Of a stretch of DNA of 64,000 bases, positions 14,979-26,501 are shown in pieces. The DNA lies in the NCBI RefSeq assembly GCF_009914755.1, contig NC_060928.1; one strand, given 5' to 3'. Origin of the DNA: the human T2T-CHM13v2.0 reference genome, Homo sapiens. How positions within the stretch are numbered: position 1 is the first letter of the stretch; each line of letters starts with the position of its first letter. Under the pieces are notes generated by a model, which saw only the letters and a program-made list of their open reading frames with translations, made no database searches and was not told the origin of the DNA. A program made the position numbers and the translations under genes.

Positions 14979-16009
14979 CTAAAAAGAAAAAAATTGCTGT
15001 CAGTATATGAATATGATGCCACTGACTCACCACCAAGCAGCGCAGGCATGCTGAGTTATTTTTGCCAGTAGTAATGATGAATTGTGCTGACTGAGCCATT
15101 TGGTTCCTCCTGGGACCAGAGGCACACATTTTTTTATATAGTCTGTCAGGAGTTAAAGTATAATTTTTGGCCACTGGGCAAAGTTGGAATTATTTTCTTC
15201 AAAAAAAAATTGTAGCTACTTCACACAAAGTGACAATGCTAAGAGACAAAATAAAATCAGCAAGAGTATATGCAATAGAAATAAATGCTTTATCTCTAGT
15301 TGGAAGGCCTTGAACCTGACCACCTTTAGTTCCTTCATACATGAGTCAGGTTTTGGTCTCAATACCTTATGACTGACCACATGGAAACCAAACACTTATG
15401 AGTTTAATTTTACATGCTTTCTTTTCAATTAGCTTATGGTCATACCACAGATCAGCTTTGTAGAAAAAGGAATATCTCTTTGCATTTCCATTTCTATATA
15501 AAACCTCCTTCCTAACACTCTTGAGTTTTAAATTAGTTTCATGACCTTAAATAAAAACATACTATTATTATTTTTTGTTCTTTTATTCTGAAAATGTCAA
15601 TTTTTAAAACTGATGTTTTTCCATTTTTAATGGTCTATATTCTGGTATTCTAACAACAGAAAAAGAAATTATCAGTAATAAATGAAAAACACCATACAGA
15701 TTTACTAGTATTTATTAAAATAACTTCTTCATTTCTACATATTAGGCTGCTATCTACCCAAATTAATTATCTAAATATGAACTATACAAATGAGATTTTG
15801 CTTTACTTTTTTAATCTGTAACCATTTTCAAAGGAAAAGCCACCTAACTCATAGGAAAACTATAAGACACTACACCTAAAGTATAAAACAAATTAATTTC
15901 TGAAAACTTCATATTAGAAAGAATTTGAAAATGTACAGATACAAAGAATAGCTGTCCAGACACATGATTGGAAGAGTGTACTAGTAAGAAGAATTTTCAG
16001 CTTGACATT

Positions 16010-16131
16010 AGAGTGGCCAACCATCCTACTTTACACTTTACCTGGGACTAAGGAGAAAGTTTCCCTGGATGCAGGGCTTTTAGTGCTAAATCCACAAAAG
16101 TCCAGGGCAAATGGAACCAACTGCTCGCTCT
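16010..16131 (+). mobile_element. MER81 (hAT-Blackjack)
   Basis: 'agagtggccaaccatcc...gggcttttagtgctaaa...gtccagggcaaa'; 8-bp TSD ttgacatt/ttgacata. Confidence 0.75.
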
Positions 16132-16502
16132 TTGACATAGCAAGCTGAAACTTAGATCTTCAATTACTCTTTACACAACAGTGAAACTAAGTCATTAACA
16201 TTTTAAAGAGAGAATAAATGCATTTAACAATTTGGTTTCTTGTAGCAGTTCAGGATAATGTTTATTTTGTTCGCATTTTTAAAGGAAAATGTAAATAAAC
16301 CTTAAAATGGTTTTGATAATTCACTTCTATAAGGAATTCAGCCTATAATGTTTACTTTTCACTTTCTATTATCAAGGTAACTGGCCTCTATGTGTGATAC
16401 TGAAAGTCACAAAAAAAGATAAAATGAAATAAAAATAAAACAACATGATTAAATATTTAATTCAAATGAAAACGTTTAGTCCTAATCTAGGAATTTACAG
16501 GT

Positions 16503-17362
16503 CTTTTTTTTTTTAACTTTTATTTTAGGTGCAGGGGTACATGTGCAGGTTTGTGATATAGGTAAACTCATGTCACGAAGGTTTGACATACTACACAAAC
16601 TAGGGTTTGTTAATACTGTTTCATCACTCAGGTAGGAGGCGTCATACCCAATAGATATTTTTTTCTGATCTTCTCCCTCCTCTCACCATCTGTCTGCTGC
16701 TACCCTCTTTGTGTCCATGTGTTTTCATTATTTAGCTCCCAGTTACAAGTAAGAAAATGCAGTATTTGGTTTTCTGTTCCCACTTCAGTTTGCTAAAGAT
16801 AATGGGCTGCAGCACAATCCATGTTCCTGCAAAGGTCATGATCTCATTCCTTTTTATGGCTGCACAGTATTCCATGGCGTATATGTACATTTTCTTTATC
16901 CAATCTGCCACTGATAAGCATTTAGGTTGATTCCATGTCTTTCCTGTTCTCAGTAGTGATACAATGAACATATATGTGTGCATATATCTTTACAGTAGAA
17001 TAATATCTATTCCTTTGGGTATATACAGTAATAGGATTGCTGGGTCAAACAGTAGTCCTCTTTGAGGAACTGCCTCACTGCTTTTCACAATAGCTGAAAT
17101 AATTTACACTCCCACCAACAATGTATAAGGGTTCCCTTTTCTCCACAACTTCACCAGCATCTGTCATCTTTTGACTTTTTAGTTAATAGCCATTCTGACT
17201 GGTGTGAGATGGTACCACATTGTGGTTTTGATTTGCATTTCTCTAATGATCAGTGATATTGAGCTTTTTTTCATATGCTTGTTGGCTACATGTATGTCTT
17301 CTTTAGAAAAGTGTCTGTTCATGTCCTTTCCCCACTTTTTAATGTTTTTTTTTTCTTGTAAA
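16503..17362 (-). mobile_element. L1 3' fragment (about L1PA15-16) including decayed ORF2 C-terminus
   Basis: ORF 16732-16983 'MFIVSLLRTGKTWNQPKCLSVADWIKKM...MEYCAAIKRNEIMTFAGTW' matches the L1 ORF2p C-terminus; L1 3'UTR and T-tail at left end. Confidence 0.93.
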
Positions 17363-18189
17363 TCGGGTCATTTTTATTAAATGCTTTAGGTTAATTAAAG
17401 TATCCATCAATTTTTATTTTTTTATCACAAAGTGGAACCAATTGCTTGGCAAATTAATAAAACTAAAAGAGACTCCAACCATTTTAACATGAGTTAAGGC
17501 AGTTCGCAGTTAATGCAGTGAGAAACTTACAGGCTCAAAGTAAAAGACGTACAAAAATAAATATTAGCATCATATAATTACCTTTTACTTAATCACAGCT
17601 TTTTTGCCCAAAAAACATTCTCTGCTGGTTCATTTTCTAACTACAAACTAATAAGAGTCTGAATATTATTCTAAAATTATTAAAGGACAGGGCTAATACA
17701 ATTAGAAGAAATGTGAAGATATTTCAATAGAGTAATACATCAATAAATATTGCAAACAGGCACTCTTTACAAGTATTTCAATCATATATATATACACACT
17801 ACTAGTGAGTGAATCAGATAGGTATCTTTTTAAAGATGTAAATTATTAACACATGGAAGATATTATTTGAGAGACTACTTCAAAATAAGACTTTTTAAGA
17901 CAAGATATATCTGAATTTAAACTGCCCAAATTATGCACAATTTACACAATTTAAGAAACTAAACACTTTTTACAATAAGCTATATCCATCTAATTCATTT
18001 TAGGTATGGGCCTGAATTGCCTTAGGAGTAAATTTAAAGGAGAATAGCTTTTTAAGGCATCTCATTTGGGATTCAAAGAATACTACTGAGGTTGCCCACT
18101 CTTCCTGCCAACTAGTCTTCAATTTATGTCAATTCAAACTTCTGAAAGGGCTACCAGACCTATATGAGCATAAACAATATCAGAACCTA

Positions 18190-18222
18190 AACACACACTC
18201 ACACACACACACACACACACAC
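18190..18222. repeat. (CA)n microsatellite, interrupted
   Basis: Direct reading. Confidence 0.95.
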
Positions 18223-18829
18223 AGAATGGATATATAATATGTGCATTTGTATCACTGTTAGCACGGACATGAATGTAAAGCAATTTGCAATGAAAAGTGA
18301 TTTCTAATTAATAATTCTCCCCTCATTAGACTATGAATTCCATGAAGAAAGATTGTTTATGTTTCTCTATAACCGTAAAAACTAAAAGGTGGCTAGGCAT
18401 AAAGTAGATGCTCAGTAAATGTATTTCATTAATATAGCATATTATGGCCATTGATATCTGTCTTGTGGAATAATCATTACTCATTTGACAGTCAATCTGT
18501 CTAAAACTGAGTTACTTCATGTGTAGCTTCCCTCACTGATGTTATAGAGGATAATATATAAATTTTCAACCAAAATGAATATTAACTCATAACAGATAAT
18601 ATACCCTTTGCACTGTATAAGGGCCCATATGACTTTCCAATAAAATGAACAATTCTTTCTGTATTTAAATTTAAATCTTTGTTCTGCATTTAAAGGGCCT
18701 AAAAACAAAAAGCAAGTAAAAATGTCAAATTCACCATGGCTGGACTAGAAAGACCATTATATTACCACAGCTGATACAAAACACTGACTGCCAAGCTCTG
18801 AAAAAAAAAAAGAAAAGGAATAAGACAGA

Positions 18830-19350
18830 CACCAGCCCTGTACTCATAGAATTTGTAGCTTTGTAAAGAACCTACGTAACAAATAACCAAATGAACAAAT
18901 AAAATAATCACAAATTATAGCAAATGCAATGAAGGACACAGGGTGCAAAGACAGAAAGTAAAAAGGGAAACAAACTTTAAATAGTACGATAATATTGGAC
19001 TGGCTCTGCTGAGGAAGTAACATTTTGGTCAAGATCTGAAGGATGAGAAAAACATAGTCGTGAAAAGCAGAAGAAAGCACATTCTAGGCACAGAAAACAG
19101 CAAATGCAAAGGCCTGAGGTGGGAAAGAGCTTAGCATTTAGAAGAACTGAAAGAAACCATGTAAACTTGAACAAAGTTGGTGAGGACACCATCTGTGGTT
19201 GGAGTGCTAGGCACCAAACTAAAGAATATATATTGAAGTACAATGGGAAGCCATGAAAGGATGTAGGTAGCGAACTAGTAAAATTCAACAAAATTATCTC
19301 TCTCTATGCTGTGTGGACAATGAGAGCAAGGGGCAAGAATGGGAGTAATG
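18830..19350 (-). mobile_element. L2 fragment
   Basis: 'gatctgaaggatgag...attctaggcacagaaaacagcaaatgcaaaggcctgaggtgggaaagagc' is typical antisense L2. Confidence 0.8.
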
Positions 19351-19629
19351 GCCAGTCCTTTGCCTTGATCTATTAATTAACTTTCATCATCTATAGAAGG
19401 CAGGGAAGCACTTTTTAAAGTTGTTTATTTGCCTCTGAATTGTTGAACATTTATGTTTTAAGTAATCCTTGATTTTTCCACTACCTACTCATTGTTTTAA
19501 ATAAACATAATATTTTGCTAAGAAAATTTCTGGAGTAGGAATGTCCAGAAGTCTTAAGTGACACAGATTGAAGACTAGTTGGCAGGGAGAATGGGCAATT
19601 TCAACAGTATTCTTTGAATCCCAAATAAG

Positions 19630-19830
19630 ATGCCTTAAGTCTTGGTTTTTCTGTCTACTAGTTATATGAAGACTCTAGATTTAGTATCTTCATCTGTAAA
19701 ATGGCGATAATAGAGCATTTATCTCATAGAGATATTATGAAGATTAAATTACATAATCTGTGTAATGTTTTTATAATCACAGGCTAATAAGAATTAAATA
19801 AAATAATTCATATAAAGCACTTGGCAACTA
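19630..19830 (+). mobile_element. MIR
   Basis: 'tcttcatctgtaaaatggcgataatagagcatttatctcatagag...gaagattaaat'. Confidence 0.75.
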
Positions 19831-20512
19831 GATCATTAAAATCAGATATAGTATTGTTATTTTAACTATGATTGAAATTCAGCCTGAGAAGCCTTCCTTT
19901 ATTAGCTCTCTTTTTTCTATTATCTATTATTTTCTATTATTTAGAAAATACAATTTCTCCTGCAACGTCAAAGTTCAGCAGAAAATATAGCTGCAATTGT
20001 GATTTCTCAAATAATCAGGTCTAATGTGTATACAGTAACACTCTTCCAAGTGAGTGGGTAAATATAACATTATCGTTGTGTCCGCTGAATCATCTAAATT
20101 AGATTTATCCAGTATTCCAGGGAGTGGTGAGTTGAGTATTAATAGGCATTTCAGTTATTGAGTAGCTAAAACAATGTCCACACAAAGTAGCATGAAAAAT
20201 ATTATACACGATCAACTTATATTAGAGAAGGCAAACCAGTAACAAACTTGCATAAAGATTTGGTTGACTACCAGCAATATATGTATTTTTAAGTATTTTA
20301 CCTATAGCTTCATAATTGCTCTTTAGCTTCTTACTCTACTGGCTTTCATAATATCATGCACTAGCATCTATTACAACCACAAGCTTGCTTTAATTCGTGT
20401 AATTTTGAACAATATATCTTCATCACTAGATGTAAACTTCTTGAACGAACAGAGCATATCTGATTTTGTTTAGCATGGTGTCCCCAGCAAAGTCTGATAC
20501 TTGGTGGGCAAC

Positions 20513-20865
20513 TGCAGCAGATGCTGTGGGGCACTGGCCAGATCCCCTAGTCAGGATTCCCCTTCAGAATCAAGGATATCCTTCCCTTGACTTTTAGGAG
20601 TATTAGCTGCTGACTACTCACAGCTGTGCCACTCAGGGTTGCACTATTTCCCTGGTAAATGCAAGACTGTAAAGACCAAACTCAAAAGCCATCCCAGCTC
20701 CAGAGCTCACCATAGGGCTGACTCACATCTCTATTCCTACCGCATCAAAGTTCAACTCCCTCTTTCCAACTCTCTTTAGGCCCACAGGTGTTGGTCCTGG
20801 GAGTGCTCTCCAATAAACCTACTGCACACAAATCTTACATTCTGTTTCTCGGCAACAACAAACGC
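20513..20865 (+). mobile_element. LTR16A-like solo LTR (ERVL)
   Basis: 5' 'tgcagcagatgctgtggggcactggccagatcccc'; 3' 'cccagctccagagctc...cacaggtgttggtcctgggagtgctctccaataaacctactgcacacaaatct'. Confidence 0.75.
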
Positions 20866-23636
20866 TTGTAGAATAAATGAGTGTGATATGGCCACCAGAT
20901 CCAGACAAACCTTCTTTTTAAAGAAAAATACATTTTCAAAGCATAAGACAACAGTAAAATTGATTATAAAGATGCACAAATATGCTTAAAAAGTCATATC
21001 ACTATATGTCACTATATTATTTGATATTATCGAACAAAATATAATTATTATCTTAATTGATTTAATACCTTGTCCTTCACTCTGAGACCATAAATCTATT
21101 AAAAGCTGACAATAGTTCTATAGAAATCTCAAGAAGATTATTTTTAATTTAAGAAATAACAGGTTTTTTTACAATTAATATAAGAATTTAAATATAAAAA
21201 GCAGTTTATGAATTCTTTAGAATAACATTATCTTCATCATACAAAGCTGATTAAAAAAATGGAATAGATGAAAAAAAGTTTTAGCTTAAAGATCAAAAAG
21301 AAAATACTAAAAAAGGAGGTGTGGAAAAGACATTCAAGCTTATTTTCCTCCATACAAAGTACTAAAATCCCCTAGGGCCATTTGAAGTCTTAAAAGTGCA
21401 TATCTTAAAGAGATGGGATTCAAAAATCATCGTTTTTCTACTTCAAGAATCAATATTTATCTCAGGCCACAAGCTAGATCTTAATCGTTTTGGTGGGAAG
21501 CGCTTCAATTCTAATGGATGTAAAAAGAGAAACCAGAATTATGTTTTCAAATAAGTCCTATCACCTACCCTTCAACTAGCCTTCTCAGAGACTTAATTCT
21601 TTCTCTGACCTAAGACGTTTTGAATGTCTTACACAATTATTGCTTTACTGGCACTTTGATGACTCATAATTATTTTTAGGATCAAAAATCTAATGTAACC
21701 ATCCTCCCATTTTCCAGTACTACCAAGTATAACAAATACACACATCTATTGCTGACAATTAAATTAATTTCCTCCATCTACAAACACTGTCATTCAGAGA
21801 AAGTTTACTGAAGGGCAGGAAACAGATTGTGAGGGGCTGCTGAGCCCCACAGGCAGAACTTTAAACAAAACTTATTTTTGCCAATAGTAGTAAAGAGGCT
21901 AATATGTAACTTAGAGTGTTCTGTCTTCCCTTTTACTTTATCAAATGCAAATTTAAACATCTCACCCTTCTCAGAAGCAAATAAGTAATTTTCTTAAAAA
22001 GGCACAGTCTCACTAAATTCTGCTTTTCAACAAAATTTAAACATTTGGTTTAATCTTATTCCAAAAGCACTAAAACAGTTTGATGTCACTGTTGATTACT
22101 CCCTTTTGCTTTCTCAGTAAAGTTATCTCAAAATCGAATTGTCTAATTGAAAGCAAACAAACATGCCAACAAACAAGAAACTGAATTTTGAAATTCTGTC
22201 TACCAACAGAAGAAAGAGAATTCCAGAAGAAAACAATTCCACTTAAGTATAGGACAGGACCTAAGGACAATTAGGAAATTTAGTTATCACAATTTGGAAG
22301 CAAGAAGAATCCACACACACCCACACAAAAGCAAGTAGATGGTAAATATGAAAATAGCTAAATACAAACTCACAAGTAGACAGTAAAAATGCTAAAAATG
22401 GTCATCATTTTAATGGTTTACCTCTGCTTTCCCAACTGTTCTCCAGTCACACCCAAGATAAAATATGAAGGCATATTAAGACTGCCATGGGCCTTGTATA
22501 CAAAATTGATATTCAGTAATAAAAGTTGAGAGCTCAGCACTGGCTAAAACTGCCTCATCAAAGTCATTACTCCTTTAGGTTCTCAATTACATCAGGGATT
22601 CCATAGGCATGAAAAGGCATCTCACTCTTTAGATACAACAACAGTTAAAATGTAGTGCACCAAGGGTACAGTAAAACACATTTTACTGTACACTGACATC
22701 AGGCAGATCTTAAGCAAATATAATCTAGCATCATTTGATTAAGGGGGTTTAAAATAAAAAGAGCCTACAGTGACTAGTTTTTAATTTTTTTGGTTTTTTT
22801 TGGGGGGAGCGGGGGGGGAGGTGAGGTAGATAGTTACTGGAACACAGGATCAACTGGTTTGTACATAATTTTATTGCTATAGTTCTGCACATACTTAGGT
22901 TCAGAAATACAGCAGATGAACGCATTTCTAAAAGTGAGAGTACACACAGGAACAAAACAACAGTTAAGATTGTGAGTTCTCTGAGAATCTTTTCGCCCTT
23001 TAAAATTTATATATGCAATAGAGTTCCTCCAGAGGACATCATTACACAAAACCACTCCAGTAGCAACTACTGGGAAGTACCAAATTACATAAAATTAATG
23101 GAGGCTCTTTGCAATGAATAAATTTACAACTACATGACGAGTGCCTTTCACTTTTTATTCCACTGAGTGAGCTGCTAGAGTAATCAATTCATTCAGGTAT
23201 ATTAGAGAAACCCATTACATGTCTGATGGGCAGTTTTGTTCCCCCCACCCTTTATTAAGATTTCTGTTTGTGTTTAAAGAAAAATAACCAGGTTGGTCTT
23301 GGAATCTACAATGTGGGAGGCTGGGAAATCAGATACGCAAACAGGAAAAAATAAAAAGAGAAAGCAGGATTTGGGTAAGACAGACACAAAAGAATAAAAA
23401 GACACATCAGAATTTAAATGTTTTCTCAATAAAGCAAATACTTTCAATTTTAAAATACACAAAATTTGCTAATATTCAGAAAATCTTTCTAAAAATTTAA
23501 AAAAATAATAAGGATGGAATTACTGTGATCCAACCTTAGAAGACTCCAAGTCAACACAGATTTGCCCTACATCCAAAAGATCACATTGTAACATGCAGAG
23601 GCAACAATATGTTCCACAGGAATGTAAGCAAGATGA

Positions 23637-23929
23637 TTTTCTTCTTCTTCTTTTCTTTTTCTATTTTTCTTTTTTATTTTTGAGACAGTCTCGCTCTGTC
23701 ATCCAGGCTGCAACCTTGACCTCCCAGGCTTAAGCAATCCTCCCACCTCAGCCTCCTAAGTGGCTAGGAACAGGTGCGCACTACCACGGCTGGCTAATTT
23801 TTAATTTTTTGTAGAGACAGCGTCTCCCTACGTTGCCCAGGAAGGTCTCAAACTCCTGGACTCAAGCAATCCTCCTGCTTCAGCCTCCTAAAGTTCTGGG
23901 ATTACAAGCATAAGCCAACATGCCTGGCC
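23637..23929 (-). mobile_element. AluJ with ~30-bp internal deletion
   Basis: Antisense Alu with J diagnostics ('caagcaatcctcccacctcagcc'); the 'gagtgcagtgg...ctcact' segment is missing. Confidence 0.92.
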
Positions 23930-25407
23930 AAGATACATAAGAGGAGATGGTATGGTACAGTGAAAAGAGAAGTGACCTAGGCTTTCATTCTTGCAATGAG
24001 GTAAACCTTTGCACTCCTATGGAAAGGTGCTTCATCTATAAACCAGCAATATCATTTTTCCTAGCTGCTTCATAGTTTTGACAGGAAAGCCACCTAAGAT
24101 AATATGTGGAAGGCCTTTGTAAATGTTAGAGCACTATAAAGATCAAAGATAACACAAATTACAGGTGATATTAATGTTGCTAACTCTAACGAAAAAAGAA
24201 AGCGCTCAACAAATATTTGTTGAATAAAAGAAAGAATATTTTAAAATAATTTCTAAACCTGAAATCAAATTATTCCAATCATTTTATTTTATATTTATAT
24301 TAATGTCATATTGTAGAATATTTAGTTGTCTATAACAATAGCCAATATTAATCCAATGCTTACTATTTTCCAGGTCCTGTTTTAAAGACTAGAAATATTA
24401 ACCTGACAATACCTTCCTGAGATAGAATGTATTATTAGAATCTATTTCACCTGTAAATCTTTATTTGCTTTATTTTTTTACTTCATTTAAATTACTTAAA
24501 CTAAAATACAGGGCTAGATAATATACCAAAAATCACACAGTCTCAACTCAAAGCTAGAAAATCTGATTCCAGTGACCATGCTTTTAAACTAAAAATGAAT
24601 TCATTAATACATGTACACTTAGTCAAATTGCTAAGTGTATCTGTACAAATGTTACAGTACATGACCAAAATAGTATTTTCAGGTAAAATCAATTCAGGAT
24701 TGTTGTTAACTGTACTGTGCTACACAGTCATAATTCTTTTAATATTCTGGAACTATAAGATATCAGTTTTATGGCATCTTATCAATTACATAACCTGTTT
24801 CACTCTTCTGCCTTCAAAATACTTCCTTCTCTGTTCCCCAAATATACTTGTAATTGAGCATCTTGTTTTGTGTAGATATAAAAATGCTTAAAAATGAAAT
24901 TCTTAAGACTCATAGTAGAAACACCTAGATTACATGAATGTTTACAGACAGCATTAGCTCATTAATGATTTACTAATGACTGCAATAAGCATCATATTAG
25001 ACACTGAATGGGGATAGATAAGCAATTAAAGACATGACCTTAATCAGTTACTTTTTTTAATCAGTTATTTTTAAAATCTAATTAAGACACAAAACATACT
25101 TATGTGAGATGACCTGAAAACTACATTTTAAAAAATCACTTATTTCCAATTGAAAACTGGTAAGCTATTAGTCAAATACACAAGTCCTAAGGAGAAACAG
25201 GAAGGGTCAAACTCAGGGGAGACAAGTGCCAGAGAATAAAAATAAATTACTCTATGTGCTTGAGATTGTTCAGTAAGGAAAATATTGGTTTAATTAAAAA
25301 AAAGAGTAAAACTGAATTCTCCACCCATATCCTGAATCATGGATTTGCAGGACTTCCAGGGTGTCTTATATGTGTCATTATCGAAATATGTTACATTAAG
25401 AAATCTG

Positions 25408-25685
25408 GGCCAGGTGCGGTTGCTCATGCCTGTAATTTTGGGAGGCTAAGAAGGCAGGAGAATAGCTTGAGACCAGGAGTTCAAGATCAACCTGGGCAAC
25501 ATAGCAAGACCCCTGTCTCTACAAAAAAATAAAATATTAGCTGGGCATGGTGGCATATGCCTATAGCCCCAGCTACTCAGGAGGCTGGGGCAGGAGGATC
25601 ACTGTAGCCCAGGAGTTGGAGGCTGCAGTAAGCTATGATCACATACTGCACTCCAGCCTAGGTAACACAGAGAAACCTCATTCCT
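25408..25685 (+). mobile_element. AluJ, tail-less
   Basis: 'ggccaggtgcggttgctcatgcctgtaat...ggaggatcactgtagcccaggagttggaggctgcag'. Confidence 0.92.
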
Positions 25686-26167
25686 TGAACAAGAGCTCAT
25701 TGTACCACTGAATCTGGGTTCTGTAAACCACTAATATGGCAGTAGCTGGTGCAGTGGAATATTACTGGGTTAAAGGGAACAGAAAGGTTGATGATGACCA
25801 TGGCAGTGGCTCCAAAACAATAATGACTCAAAACCAGAGGAAAACATGTAGGACAAAACCATTTTCCTTTACAGCTCACCTTTATCAACCTACAAACTGG
25901 AAGAATCCACTCCTGCTTTTTCATTCTGCTCAGCTTCCTCAAACTGCCCAACTCCCACTGTCAATCTGTTTTAGGCAGCTCCCTGACTCCCATATACACC
26001 GTTTGTGTGCACACACATGCACACATGAACACATATCCTCACATAGTGCATACTCTTATTTGTACACCTAAGGATATAGAACATATTGCCCATTCTGAAC
26101 CACGTATAAAAGCATTAGGCTAAGAAACAGCACAGGGAGTTACAGACTGGGGCTGTGGAAATAAGTA

Positions 26168-26501
26168 CAGTTGACCCTCCATATCTCTGGGTTCCACATC
26201 TATGGATTCAACCAAAGGCAAATTAAATATACATAGGGAAAAAAAACAGCAACTATACTGAACATATATAGCCTTTTTTCCTGTCATTATATCTAAACAT
26301 GGTATGACCACTATTTACATAGAATTTACATTGTATTAAGGATTATAAGTAATCTAGAGATGATTTCAAATATATACAAGGATATCCACAGGTTACATGC
26401 AAATACTACCCCATTTTATATAATAGATTTGAGTGTCTGTGAATTTTGGTATCCTTGGGAGGTCCTAGAACCAATCCCACATGGTTGCCGAGGGAGGACT
26501 G
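26168..26501. mobile_element. Tigger3a/MER7A-type Tc1-mariner MITE
   Basis: TIRs 'cagttgaccctccatatc'/'gttgccgagggaggactg', TA TSD on both sides, internal 'gattataagtaatctagagatgattt'. Confidence 0.85.

Noticed and set aside
16732-16983. 83-aa ORF resembling a real protein
   Set aside because: Decayed L1 ORF2p C-terminus within a truncated L1, not a host gene.
18733-18825. - strand exon-like unit ending gccATG|GTGAAT
   Set aside because: The acceptor is just a poly-T run at an L2 edge and the donor is weak; no further support.
22801-22827. G-rich tract as a G-quadruplex
   Set aside because: Only two long G runs plus GG pairs; a non-canonical low-complexity tract without supporting context.
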